Below the pieces are notes generated by a model. That model saw nothing but the letters and a program-made list of their open reading frames with translations. It had not been told where the DNA came from and did not search any database. Of a stretch of 64,000 nt of DNA, positions 28,444 to 38,094 are shown piece by piece; the stretch's first letter is position 1, and each line of letters opens with the position of its first letter. Origin of the DNA: an uncultured Verrucomicrobiae bacterium. Lineage in GTDB: Bacteria; Verrucomicrobiota; Verrucomicrobiia; Chthoniobacterales; JAFAMB01. A program made the translations under genes and the position numbers. The stretch lies in contig CAWIPH010000002.1 in the NCBI GenBank assembly GCA_963837955.1, positions 3,968,001 to 4,032,000 of the forward strand. The letters are read 5' to 3'.

Positions 28444-28496
28444 CTGCTCTAGATAATGGGTAATCGAATTGCTGCGGGCAGTCTTCCCCACAAACA

Positions 28497-29000
28497 CTAT
28501 CCCGCCACATCCCAGGGTGTGAGAAGATATTCGGTAACTGTCACAGATCCGGTTTCGACCAAGTTAGTCACAACGCTGATGTTGCCCCGTGTGGCTTTGG
28601 TATACGGACACGTCTGGTGCGCGCCCTCCACCAGGGCCTGGGCGACTTCGCGCTCCAAACCCGGCAGGCTGACGTTGAGGCGAGCTTGGAGGAAGTAAGC
28701 GCCGCCAGTTGTGCCCAAGTCCATTTCGGCGTCAACGGCTAGATCAGCCGGTAGCATGACTTTCATTCTGGCGGCCACGATCTTGATCGACGATACGAAG
28801 CAGGCCGACCAACCGGCGGCCAAAAGCTGCTCGGGGTTGGTGCCGGTACCGGAAGCGTCAGGAGTCGAAAGCTTAACGTCCAGGCGGCCATCAGAGCTGC
28901 GAGACGTTCCGCCGTCGCGGCCACCCGTGGTGTGGGCTTTGGCGGTGTAGAGCACTTTTTCGATTTGGGTTATGCTGTGTTTTTTTTCGAGTAGGGTCAT
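28497..29000 (-). CDS. ohr: Ohr-family organic hydroperoxide resistance protein
   Basis: GGRDG, GTNPEQLLAAGWSACF, AHQTCPY; extra C-terminal tail. Confidence 0.9.
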   Translation of the reverse strand: MTLLEKKHSITQIEKVLYTAKAHTTGGRDGGTSRSSDGRLDVKLSTPDASGTGTNPEQLLAAGWSACFVSSIKIVAARMKVMLPADLAVDAEMDLGTTGGAYFLQARLNVSLPGLEREVAQALVEGAHQTCPYTKATRGNISVVTNLVETGSVTVTEYLLTPWDVAG

Positions 29001-29144
29001 GGTGTGTTCTGGTTGATCAGAAATTCATTGTTTCCGACTAGTTGCGGATGCGATGAACAATGGCCAAGCCGTGTTGGAAACGTGATTGATTGTTAGGAAC
29101 CGCATAAACTTTCGTTTTATTCTGCTGTTTTGGTTTGATCCTGC

Positions 29145-29618
29145 TCAACGAATCGAAACGGTAGTCCCAACCTCGACGTTGCCTCGAATAGCATTGGAAT
29201 AGGGGCAGATTTTGTGTGCAGACTCAACCAGCGCTTCGGCAATCTTCTGGTCGACTCCGGTGACCGTGACCGCGAGCGCGGCGGACAGCACGAAGCTGCC
29301 CGAGTCGTTGCGACTGAGACCAACTTCAGCAGTGACTTCGACGTCTTCGTCCGCAAATCTCAGCCCGGCATCACGGCTTACGCGGAGGAGCGCGTTTTCG
29401 AAGCAGGCGGCATAGCCGCCGGCGAAAAGTGTCTCCGGGTTGGTTGCATCTCCTTTTCCACCGAGTTGACGGGGCAGGGCTAGCTTCATATCAAGCAACC
29501 CGTCCTCGCTGCGGATCTGGCCGTGGCGGCCGCCAATTGCGGTAACTTTGGTCGAATACAGAGTGTTCGTGATTCGATCCGAATAGGTCGTTAGATTGGT
29601 TTGTTCTTGTGTCTTCAT
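29145..29618 (-). CDS. ohr: Ohr-family organic hydroperoxide resistance protein
   Basis: GGRHG, ATNPETLFAGGYAACF, AHKICPYSNA. Confidence 0.92.
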   Translation of the reverse strand: MKTQEQTNLTTYSDRITNTLYSTKVTAIGGRHGQIRSEDGLLDMKLALPRQLGGKGDATNPETLFAGGYAACFENALLRVSRDAGLRFADEDVEVTAEVGLSRNDSGSFVLSAALAVTVTGVDQKIAEALVESAHKICPYSNAIRGNVEVGTTVSIR

Positions 29619-29838
29619 ATCACCGTTTTTCAATCAGGGCTTGAGCTGGTTCTATAGGCCGCCGCTCTCATCGCGTAGCGTCGCCCAGGATCAATGGATG
29701 GGATTCGTCGATGTTCATTCTTTCCGGTTCTCTCCGTCATGCACTTCTTTGCCAGCGTGCTTTGCTTCCAGGTTGTCGCGGTTGATTTGCAAGTGATCGG
29801 GTTTGTTCACGGAGAGACCGGAAAATTGCAGGTCATCG

Positions 29839-29918
29839 TGTAACTTTCTAATTTATTGTTAACGTGTTACACTAACCGTTGACGTTGGTAACTTGTCAAT
29901 TGATATTTAACAGGTGAC
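29839..29918. promoter_or_regulatory. Candidate tandem operator: TGTAAC-N21-GTTACA and GTAA-N23-TGAC
   Basis: Paralogous to 24711-24791; shared GTAACTTGTCAA. Confidence 0.6.
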
Positions 29919-30092
29919 ATTGCCTTACCAGCCTCCCGCCTCTGAAAACGCCCGAACCAATCGGCCGGATGTGATCGACTGGCTCGCCCAGATGAAGCTG
30001 TCAAAGGACTCACGTTTGGATCTGCCCGAGACACGTAGGTCGGAGGCGCTCAAGACTGTTGTGGAGCTTCGCCAAGCCTGGAGAGACATACC
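29914..30092 (+). pseudogene. Truncated, internally deleted ABATE/CGNR paralog
   Basis: TLPY..ASE..TNR|PDVIDWL..RLD..RRSEALKTVVELR aligns with the 24802 protein, lacking ~32 aa internally and the whole zinc finger. Confidence 0.8.
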
Positions 30093-30177
30093 GGCACTAT
30101 TCGGGCACTCACTTTTTAATACCGACCGTTATCCAGTCGAAAGGCGTCCACGTAATGTGCTACAGCTGTGCTATTTA

Positions 30178-30259
30178 TGCCGGGGAGGGGACTCGAACCC
30201 CTAAGGATTGCTCCACCAGATCCTAAGTCTGGCGCGTCTGCCAATTTCGCCACCCCGGC
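30178..30259 (-). tRNA. tRNA-Leu (anticodon TAG)
   Basis: gccggggtggcgaaattggcagacgcgccagactTAGgatctggtggagcaatccttaggggttcgagtcccctccccggca; long variable arm; CCA not encoded. Confidence 0.96.
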
Positions 30260-30374
30260 TGAAAGCAATGCCAACAATGCCACCAGCGCGATGAATGCCA
30301 ACCATTTTTCGCCGGCTTAAGAGCGCCGAGTTGCTCGATTGAGATGTAGCGGCATCTCTGCATGCTTTGGATGT

Positions 30375-30869
30375 ATGGCTCAATTCCGCGCTGCAACCCA
30401 GTGGGATTTCCCAGCGATCTTGGTTCTCAACCGCAAATCGGAGCATTTCCTCAGCCCGCTTGATCCGGTTAGGTTGGCTCGAATCTCCAAGGAAGCAGAC
30501 TTCTTCAAGGTCGCGGTTTCGGCGGAGAGCTTAGCCGGTTTCCTTTTGGCCTTCCGGCCAGAAGCGAATTACGACAGCCCCAATTTCCTCTGGTTCAAGA
30601 GCCGGTATGAAAGCTTTGTTTACATCGACCGCATTGTCATCTCTGAGGATTTCAGAGGGCAACATTTGGCAACCCAACTTTACGCCCAACTGGAGGCTCA
30701 GGCGGTCGCAGAGGGCATTCCTCGATTGGCGTGCGAGATCCACGTGGATCCTCCGAATCCTGGCTCCGCCCGATTCCACGAAAAACAAGGATTCGTCGAG
30801 GTCGGCCAACAGTCGATCGATAACCAAAGAAAGATCGTATCCTTACAGATCAAGCCCCTGAGCCACTAA
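30375..30869 (+). CDS. GNAT family N-acetyltransferase
   Basis: YDSPNFLWF, YIDRIVI..FRGQHLATQLY, PPNPGSARFHEKQGF. Confidence 0.9.
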   Translation: MAQFRAATQWDFPAILVLNRKSEHFLSPLDPVRLARISKEADFFKVAVSAESLAGFLLAFRPEANYDSPNFLWFKSRYESFVYIDRIVISEDFRGQHLATQLYAQLEAQAVAEGIPRLACEIHVDPPNPGSARFHEKQGFVEVGQQSIDNQRKIVSLQIKPLSH

Positions 30870-30961
30870 AACATCATGCGGTTCTGGACGATAGAAGTGT
30901 TTTTGCTCCTGATCCTCTCGTATGCTGCTTCACCAGCGTAAGAAACCGTCGATCGTCCCGT

Positions 30962-30994
30962 TCCTCCTCCGTCATCCTGACTATGGCGGACAGG
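30962..30994 (+). mobile_element. 33-bp short mini-element
   Basis: cgtcccgt|tcctcctccgtcatcctgactatggcggacagg|ccgggacg. Confidence 0.65.
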
Positions 30995-31060
30995 CCGGGA
31001 CGGTCGTTTTTTTGAACACTACCCCAGCACTTCGTACTGGGCTACTTTCATTGAGTCCCT

Positions 31061-31119
31061 TCCTCCTTCGCCCGGTAGCTCGAAGAGCGAAGGCCGTCTC
31101 CGAGGCTACGGCGGACAAG
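31061..31119 (+). mobile_element. 59-bp mini-element
   Basis: gtccct|tcctccttcg-N33-ggctacggcggacaag|ccgggac. Confidence 0.7.
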
Positions 31120-31233
31120 CCGGGACGACTCCTCTCGGCGCATATCCTTCCTCTCATGTCGACGGGCATGCGCGGCCGCAGGACGTAGTCGGGGAACGAG
31201 AAACCCGGGGCAACTTCCGGCCTCTGCTTCGTC

Positions 31234-31296
31234 ATTCCTAAATTCTAAATTCTGAATTCTAAATTCTGGATTGCCGATTCCCGATTCCCGTTTGCT
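31234..31296. repeat. Heptamer array upstream of dnaE
   Basis: attccta aattcta aattctg aattcta aattctg gattgcc gattccc gattccc gtttgct. Confidence 0.75.
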
Positions 31297-31330
31297 GCTT
31301 GTCCGTTCCCCTATTAACGTTCCCAGACTA

Positions 31331-34300
31331 ATGTCTGATTCGTTCGTTCACCTCCATCTTCACACCGAATATTCGCTGCTCGACGGTGCCATTCGCATCC
31401 CCGAATTGATGCAAAAGGCTGTCGAATTCGGCATGCCGGCCGTCGCTATCACCGACCACGGCAGCATGTACGGCGCGGTGGAGTTTTATGAGGCGGCGCA
31501 AAAGGCTGGGATCAAACCAATTATCGGATGCGAGGTTTACATGGCGCCCGGCGCGATGACCGATCGAAGCGCGACTTCCGCCCGAGATGCCTCGTTTCAT
31601 TTCACTCTTCTGGCGAAGGATCTCACCGGCTACAGTAACCTGGTAAAGCTAGTTTCGGCCGCTCATCTAGACGGGTTTCATTACAAACCGCGTATCGACA
31701 AAGAACTGCTGGCCAAGCACAGCGCCGGTTTGATTGGGATGAGCGCCTGTCTGAAGGGCGAAATTAATGTCGCGATCCAAAATGGCGACCTGAAGAAAGC
31801 CGAACGGACGGCTTCCGAGTTCGCCGAGATTTTCGGGAAGGATCATTTTTTCCTGGAAATGCACGATCACGGCCTTGAGGCCCAACAACTCGTTAATGGG
31901 CACCTCAAAAGTCTCGCGAAAAAATTGAACCTCCCGCTCGTGGCGGCGAATGACGTTCATTTCCTCGAGCGCTCTCACCACGAGGCGCACGATGTGATGA
32001 TCTGTATCGGAACCGGATCGATGATGCACGACGAGCGCCGGATGCATTATTCCACCGAAGTCTATTTTAAGTCGGCGGCGGAAATGGCTCAGTTGTTTAG
32101 CGATGTTCCTGAGGCGTTGAGCAATACGGTGCGTATCGCCGAAATGTGCGATCTCAAGCTCGATTTCAATACTTCGAAGTATCCAGCTTACGAACCTCCG
32201 CCGGGAACGTCCCGCGACCAGTACTTACGCGATCTCTGCTCCGCCGGATTGAAGAAACGCTATGGCAGCCGAGCCGAAAGTGATCCCGAACTCCAGCAGC
32301 GTCTGAGCTACGAGCTTTCGGTCTTGGAGAAGGCCGGGTTCACCAGCTATTTTTTGATCGTTTGGGACTTCATTCACTACGCCAGATCCCACGGGATTCC
32401 GGTCGGTCCAGGGCGCGGGTCTGCCGCCGGTTCGTTAGCCGCTTATGTGCTTGAGATCACAGATCTCGATCCGTTGCGGTTCGGCTTAATCTTTGAACGG
32501 TTTCTGAATCCCGAACGCGTCAGTCCACCCGATATCGACGTCGATTTTTGTCAAAACCGGCGCGGAGAAGTGATCGAGTATGTTCGGGAAAAATATGGTC
32601 CTCGAGCCGTTTCTCAGATCATTACCTTTGGCACATTGGGCGCGAAGAGCGTGATCCGGGATGTCGGCAGAGTCATGGGACTCAGTTACTCCGACGCCGA
32701 TCGCATCGCTAAGATGATTCCGAACGAGCTCGGCATCACGCTAAAGAGCGCCGTCGAAAAGAATCCCGAGCTGAAACAGGCCATAGCAACCGAAGAGGCC
32801 ACTCAACAGCTCTGGGGATATGCCACCGTGCTGGAAGGGCTCACCCGGAATACCGGTATTCACGCAGCCGGAGTGGTGATTGGTGATCGACCGCTTGACG
32901 AATACATCCCCCTTTGCCGGGGCAATGATAACGAGGTCATTACGCAATACGAGATGGGACCCCTCACCGATCTCGGCATGCTTAAAATGGATTTTCTGGG
33001 GCTGAAAACCCTGACGGTCCTGCAGGATGCAACCGTATTGATCCGCGAGAAGCAGCCTGACTTTTCCTTGGAAAATATCCCGCTCGATGATCGGCCGACG
33101 TTTGATCTTCTTAATCGGGGCGAAACAATCGGCGTGTTCCAGTTGGAATCCGGGGGGATGACTAACCTGTGCAAGCAATTCGACGTAAACACCATCGACG
33201 ACATTATCGCGTTAATTGCGCTGTATCGCCCAGGTCCGATGGAGCTGATCCCAGACTATATCAAACGCAAAAAAGGTCTGACCAAGATCAAATATGAGCA
33301 CCCGCTACTGAAGGAAGTCTGCTCCGACACCTACGGTATCATGATCTATCAGGAACAGGTGCAGCGCGCCGCCAACGTTCTGGCTGGCTACACACTTGGA
33401 CAAGCAGATCTCCTCCGCCGAGCCATGGGGAAAAAGGACAAGGAGAAAATGGCCAAAGAGCGGGTGAACTTCATCGCCGGTTGCAAACGCGTGAACGGGA
33501 TCGAAGAAAAAAAGGCGAATGCCATCTTCGACTTGCTGGAGAAGTTTGCCGGCTACGGGTTCAACAAAAGCCACAGCGCGGCTTATGGGCTAATCAGTTA
33601 TCAAACGGCTTATCTAAAAGCGAATTACCCAGTCGAGTTCATGGCTGGGTTGCTTAGCAACGAGGTCAACAATACCGACAAGATTTCAGTTTTCGTTGCC
33701 GAGTGTCAGCGAATGAATATCGCCATTCTGCCGCCGGACGTAAATAAGAGCGGACTGAAATTCGTGCCGGAATTGGAAGCGGAGGGCCGCGGGATTCGCT
33801 ACGGTCTCTCAGCTATTAAGAATATCGGGGAAGCTCCCGTCGCCGCGGCGATTGCGGAGCGGGAAAGATCGGGACCTTTTCAGTCGCTGGAAGAATACTG
33901 TGGCCGATTGGATTCTCGATCGGTCAATCGAAAGACCCTCGAGAACTTGGTACGAGCCGGCGCCTTCGACTTTATCGGCAAAGATCGGGCCGAACTTTTT
34001 AGTCAGATCGAAGCGGCGCTGGCGGCGGGAACGGCCCGCCAAAAAGATCGGCTGACCGGACAGGTGTCGTTATTCGGCGACCTGGAGGTGCCGCATGCCG
34101 CGAAGCGGAACGGTCATGCTAGCAATTTTACGCCGTGGCCATTGAACGAGAAACTTGGTTACGAAAAAGAGCTACTCGGTTTTTATGTCACCGGTCATCC
34201 CCTGGATGCCTATCGCGACTTGATCGAAGCAGGCAGGTTCACGCCAGTGACAGAGCTGTCCGAACAACTGGATAAGGCTCAGGCACGAATTGCCGGATCG

Positions 34301-34750
34301 ATTTCGGCGATCGAACGCAAATACACACGTAAAGAAGCCAAGCCGTTTGCGGTGATGACGGTCGAAGATTTCACCGGCTCTGTCGAAGTAATGGTCTGGG
34401 CCGATGTCTTCGCGAGAGCAGTGAAGGAGCTCGAACTTGGGAAAATTGTTGCCATCACGGCGAAGATCGATAGGCGAGACGATAGCGTTCGCCTGATCGC
34501 CACCGAGGTTGAACCCATCACTCGAGGTAAAAGAACACCGGTACTGACGATTGACCTTCCTCTGGAAAAGACGGATGAGGGTCGACTCCTTGCCCTGCGC
34601 GATTTGATCCTCCAATTCCCGGGCCCGCAGCCGCTCTATCTCCGGTTCCGGACCAATGATGGGAGGGAGCTCAAGCTGAAGGCGCATAGCGGTTATTGCG
34701 TTCGGGACGAGGAAGAGTTCCGGACAAAGCTAGCAGAACTGTTGGCGTAA
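31331..34750 (+). CDS. dnaE: DNA polymerase III alpha subunit
   Basis: HLHLHTEYSLLDG PHP domain, GRGSAAGS, PDIDVDF, KMDFLGL, GYGFNKSH. Confidence 0.98.
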   Translation: MSDSFVHLHLHTEYSLLDGAIRIPELMQKAVEFGMPAVAITDHGSMYGAVEFYEAAQKAGIKPIIGCEVYMAPGAMTDRSATSARDASFHFTLLAKDLTGYSNLVKLVSAAHLDGFHYKPRIDKELLAKHSAGLIGMSACLKGEINVAIQNGDLKKAERTASEFAEIFGKDHFFLEMHDHGLEAQQLVNGHLKSLAKKLNLPLVAANDVHFLERSHHEAHDVMICIGTGSMMHDERRMHYSTEVYFKSAAEMAQLFSDVPEALSNTVRIAEMCDLKLDFNTSKYPAYEPPPGTSRDQYLRDLCSAGLKKRYGSRAESDPELQQRLSYELSVLEKAGFTSYFLIVWDFIHYARSHGIPVGPGRGSAAGSLAAYVLEITDLDPLRFGLIFERFLNPERVSPPDIDVDFCQNRRGEVIEYVREKYGPRAVSQIITFGTLGAKSVIRDVGRVMGLSYSDADRIAKMIPNELGITLKSAVEKNPELKQAIATEEATQQLWGYATVLEGLTRNTGIHAAGVVIGDRPLDEYIPLCRGNDNEVITQYEMGPLTDLGMLKMDFLGLKTLTVLQDATVLIREKQPDFSLENIPLDDRPTFDLLNRGETIGVFQLESGGMTNLCKQFDVNTIDDIIALIALYRPGPMELIPDYIKRKKGLTKIKYEHPLLKEVCSDTYGIMIYQEQVQRAANVLAGYTLGQADLLRRAMGKKDKEKMAKERVNFIAGCKRVNGIEEKKANAIFDLLEKFAGYGFNKSHSAAYGLISYQTAYLKANYPVEFMAGLLSNEVNNTDKISVFVAECQRMNIAILPPDVNKSGLKFVPELEAEGRGIRYGLSAIKNIGEAPVAAAIAERERSGPFQSLEEYCGRLDSRSVNRKTLENLVRAGAFDFIGKDRAELFSQIEAALAAGTARQKDRLTGQVSLFGDLEVPHAAKRNGHASNFTPWPLNEKLGYEKELLGFYVTGHPLDAYRDLIEAGRFTPVTELSEQLDKAQARIAGSISAIERKYTRKEAKPFAVMTVEDFTGSVEVMVWADVFARAVKELELGKIVAITAKIDRRDDSVRLIATEVEPITRGKRTPVLTIDLPLEKTDEGRLLALRDLILQFPGPQPLYLRFRTNDGRELKLKAHSGYCVRDEEEFRTKLAELLA

Positions 34751-34911
34751 TCTGCTGCTCCTGTCTCAGATGCCCGGGTTGTCAGCCGGCTCGAAAAATG
34801 CCAGGTGGAGGCGCTGGGGAGACGTCGCGTTCCTGAGCCCCGGGAGACCAGACACCTTTCCTTGCAAATCGCGGTTTTGGCATTAGTGTGCGGGTCCATT
34901 TTCACCTGGGT

Positions 34912-35871
34912 ATGCCTCTGTTTAATCGTGAGATGAAGATATTTTCCGGGACAGCTCATAAGGAGCTGGCCTTGAGAATCGCTGAATCAGTCGGCGTACC
35001 GCTTGCCGATGCCACGGTGACCTCCTTTCCGGACGGCGAGTCACGCGTCAAAATCAACGAGAACATTCGGGGTCGCGACGTCTTTATTGTGCAGCCGACC
35101 TGTCCGCCCACGAACCACAACCTGATGGAGTTGCTGATCCTGATCGATGCGGCTCGCCGGGCCAGTGCGTATCGGATTACCGCGGTCATTCCCTATTTCG
35201 GCTACGCTCGGCAGGACCGCAAAGATCAGCCACGTGTACCAATCACCGCGAAGTTAGTAGCGAATCTCCTGACTGCCGCCGGCTCGGATCGCGTGCTGAC
35301 GATCGATCTCCACGCTCAACAGATCCAAGGGTTTTTTGACATTCCGGTTGATCACCTGTACGCCGCGCCGGTGTTGATCCGGTATATTCAGCAAAAGAAG
35401 CTCGACAATTTGGCAATCGTCTCGCCCGATGTGGGAGGACTAAAACTCGCCTCAGCCTACGCCGAAGCGCTCGGTGCCACATTGGCGATCGTCGGTAAAC
35501 GAAGAAAGAGTCCAACCGAGACCGAAGCCCTTCAAGTGATTGGAGAAGTAGAAGGCAAGAACGTGCTGCTGGTCGACGACTTGACGGAAACAGCAGGGAC
35601 ACTTACCAGCGCGGCCGCACTTCTCAAAAAGCAGGGAGCCAAAGATATCTATGCCGGCGTTTCCCACGCGGTATTTACCGAAATCGCCCACAAGCGATTG
35701 ATGCATTCGGAAATTTTGGAGCTAATCACAACCAACAGCACCCCGGTTCGCCTTCATCCAGATTGCCGGATAACTGTGCTCTCTATTGCTGAACTTCTCG
35801 GCGAAGGAATTCAGCGGATCTACTCAAATGAGTCGGTAAGCTCACTCTTCGATATTAATGCTGAACAGTAA
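34912..35871 (+). CDS. prs: Ribose-phosphate pyrophosphokinase (start 34912 or 34933)
   Basis: FPDGE, PYFGYARQDRK, VSPDVGG, VDDLTETAGT. Confidence 0.97.
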   Translation: MPLFNREMKIFSGTAHKELALRIAESVGVPLADATVTSFPDGESRVKINENIRGRDVFIVQPTCPPTNHNLMELLILIDAARRASAYRITAVIPYFGYARQDRKDQPRVPITAKLVANLLTAAGSDRVLTIDLHAQQIQGFFDIPVDHLYAAPVLIRYIQQKKLDNLAIVSPDVGGLKLASAYAEALGATLAIVGKRRKSPTETEALQVIGEVEGKNVLLVDDLTETAGTLTSAAALLKKQGAKDIYAGVSHAVFTEIAHKRLMHSEILELITTNSTPVRLHPDCRITVLSIAELLGEGIQRIYSNESVSSLFDINAEQ

Positions 35872-35877
35872 ATCATC

Positions 35878-36549
35878 ATGGCGCAACAAGCTAAGTTAAC
35901 GGTGCAAAAGCGGACCCAAGTCGGTCGCAATGCGATTAAGAAAATCAAGGCCGACGGAATGGTGCCCGGTGTGATCTATGGATCGAGCCAGGAACCGGTG
36001 AACCTTCAGGTCAACGGCCGCGAGCTGCTAAACGTTCTTTCACGTGCCTCAGGCGAGAACATACTGGTAGAGCTCGAGATTGAGGACGGCACCGGAAAGC
36101 AAAACGCCCTGGCCATGATCCAAGAGATTCAACACCATCCGCTGCAACGGGAGATCCTTCATGTCGATTTTCATGCGGTTTCCGCCAATGAAACCGTCTC
36201 CGCGGAAGTGCCTCTTGAAACCGTCGGTGAGGCGGTCGGCGTCAAAGTGCATGGCGGATTGTTGGAGCATATCCTGCGTTACTTGGAGGTGGAGTGTTTG
36301 CCTGGCGATCTTCCGCAGGTGATCGAGGTCGATGTAACTAACCTTGACGTTGGCCAATCCCTGCATGTCCATGAACTGAACCTTCCGTCGGGCGTTGAAG
36401 CCATAACGGACCCCGAACAGACGGTGGTCGCAGTGGTCGAGTCCCGGGTCGAAGAAGAGGTCGTCGAGCCTCTGGCCGCACCGACCGCTCCGGAGGTTAT
36501 TACCGCAAAGAAGCCGGAAGAAGGTGCTGCGCCCACGAGCGAATCCTAA
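35878..36549 (+). CDS. rplY: 50S ribosomal protein L25/CTC
   Basis: VPGVIYG, QHHP..ILHVDF; prs-rplY-pth synteny. Confidence 0.96.
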   Translation: MAQQAKLTVQKRTQVGRNAIKKIKADGMVPGVIYGSSQEPVNLQVNGRELLNVLSRASGENILVELEIEDGTGKQNALAMIQEIQHHPLQREILHVDFHAVSANETVSAEVPLETVGEAVGVKVHGGLLEHILRYLEVECLPGDLPQVIEVDVTNLDVGQSLHVHELNLPSGVEAITDPEQTVVAVVESRVEEEVVEPLAAPTAPEVITAKKPEEGAAPTSES

Positions 36550-36555
36550 GTCGGA

Positions 36556-37122
36556 ATGCCTGCGCTTCGGCTGGTTGCTGGTCTTGGAAATCCCGGTCCG
36601 GAGTACACCGACACGAGGCACAATATCGGATTCATGGTCCTCGACGCGTTGGCCCGCGACCAAGGTGTCCATTTTTCGCCGGCCAAGAAGTGGCGATGCG
36701 ATTGGGCAAAATGGAACGAGGTTTTGCTAGTGAAGCCGACGACTTTTATGAATCGAAGTGGTGATGCGATTGGTCCTCTCACTCAATATTTCCACGTCAA
36801 ACCGGAGCAAGTTTTGGCTGTAGTAGACGATGTGGCTTTGCCTCTGGGAAGGTTGCGCATACGGGCCGAAGGCAGCGACGGAGGACACAACGGGCTGAAA
36901 TCGCTGGCTGAGCGCTTGGGAAACGGTTTTCCGCGTTTACGGATCGGAGTCGGAGCTCCGGACAACGAAGAATTGGTTGATCACGTGCTTGGTCGGTTCG
37001 GGCCAAGCGAACGAATCAGAGTAGACCAGGCGGTGGAACGGGCCACCGCAGCCATCCGGCAGGTAGCAACGGAAGGGGTGACCGCAGCGATGAACGTTTT
37101 CAATCGCGAAGAAAATAGTTGA
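36556..37122 (+). CDS. pth: Peptidyl-tRNA hydrolase
   Basis: GLGNPGPEYTDTRHNIGF, KPTTFMNRSG, GGHNGLKS. Confidence 0.97.
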   Translation: MPALRLVAGLGNPGPEYTDTRHNIGFMVLDALARDQGVHFSPAKKWRCDWAKWNEVLLVKPTTFMNRSGDAIGPLTQYFHVKPEQVLAVVDDVALPLGRLRIRAEGSDGGHNGLKSLAERLGNGFPRLRIGVGAPDNEELVDHVLGRFGPSERIRVDQAVERATAAIRQVATEGVTAAMNVFNREENS

Positions 37123-37129
37123 TTACATT

Positions 37130-37444
37130 ATGAAAAATCGTTATGAATGTTTGATGGCACTCGATACGCGAGGCCAAGAAGATGGTGTAAAAGAGATCGT
37201 TGAACGTCTAGAAAGCGAGTTCGTGAAAGAAGGTGCTTCCGTCGAACAAATCCAGAAAATGGATAAGCGACAACTTGCTTATGCGCCTAGCAATGTGGAG
37301 TCGGCGTTTTACGTGAATTTCGTATTCGAAGCCGAGCCCTCGCTCATCACCAAATTGCGCGGCAAATTCAAGCTCGATCCAATCGTTTTTCTGCAGCATT
37401 ATCAGGTATTGCCGAGTAAGCCGGCCGCAAAAAAAACCCAATAA
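37130..37444 (+). CDS. rpsF: 30S ribosomal protein S6
   Basis: RYE..., KRQLAY, FYVNFVF; position before ssb. Confidence 0.9.
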   Translation: MKNRYECLMALDTRGQEDGVKEIVERLESEFVKEGASVEQIQKMDKRQLAYAPSNVESAFYVNFVFEAEPSLITKLRGKFKLDPIVFLQHYQVLPSKPAAKKTQ

Positions 37445-37456
37445 TCACTCCCGCCC

Positions 37457-37918
37457 ATGGCTAATCTCAACCGTGTCCTTCTTATCGGAAACCTAACGCG
37501 TGACCCGGAGGTTCGGTACACGCCGAAAGGAACCGCGGTTGCGGATATTGGCATGGCGATCAACCGGGTCATTAGTTCGGGATCCGAAGAGGGCGAACGC
37601 CGGGAAGAGGTTACCTTTGTTGATGTCGTGCTTTGGGGTCGCCTGGCGGAAATCGCCGAACAGTATCTGAAGAAAGGCCGGCCGGTGTTTATCGAAGGTC
37701 GTTTGCAACTCGACTCTTGGGACGACAAACAGACGGGTCAAAAGCGTTCGCGCTTGCGCATTGTGGCCGAGAACCTGCAGCTCTTGGGCAGCCGGGGAGA
37801 TAGCGAGGGCGGGCCAGGTCCAACCGGGGGTCAACGGCGAACCGCGCCGCCTTCACCGCAGCGACCAACTCCCAAAGATCCAGATTTGGACGCCGAGCCG
37901 GACGATATTCCGTTCTAG
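37457..37918 (+). CDS. ssb: Single-stranded DNA-binding protein
   Basis: NRVLLIGNLTRDPE; C-terminal DDIPF. Confidence 0.98.
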   Translation: MANLNRVLLIGNLTRDPEVRYTPKGTAVADIGMAINRVISSGSEEGERREEVTFVDVVLWGRLAEIAEQYLKKGRPVFIEGRLQLDSWDDKQTGQKRSRLRIVAENLQLLGSRGDSEGGPGPTGGQRRTAPPSPQRPTPKDPDLDAEPDDIPF

Positions 37919-37941
37919 CTTGCCCGGGGTTAAAACCCGCC

Positions 37942-37993
37942 GGGAGGGATCGCGTCCTCGCGATCCGCGGCGCACGAGGACGTGCGCCCTCCC
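37942..37993. repeat. REP-like double hairpin after ssb
   Basis: gggaggg atcgcgtcctcgcgat..gcgcacgaggacgtgcgc cctccc. Confidence 0.6.
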
Positions 37994-38094
37994 CGCCCTG
38001 CGAGAACCACTCACAGAACCGCAAGCTGCTGCCATTCCCGGACTTGATTTCGGGTCAATGATGAGTTTACCAGTCGTAACCCTGCGAATTCCTC

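Larger units (their letters stand above)
21594..30225. mobile_element. tRNA-Leu-integrated genomic island (~8.6 kb) with no recognisable integrase
   Basis: Flanked by 46-bp direct repeats; accessory redox/stress cargo; signs of decay. Confidence 0.8.
30954..31127. repeat. REP family C unit (cgtccc..gggacg / cccagcacttcgtactggg / gtccctccgggac) with two nested mini-elements
   Basis: Three-hairpin unit whose first and last hairpins are interrupted at 30962-30994 and 31061-31119. Confidence 0.7.

Noticed and set aside
31331..34750. Intein or split in dnaE
   Set aside because: Normal length and continuous motifs; no splice-junction signature noticed.
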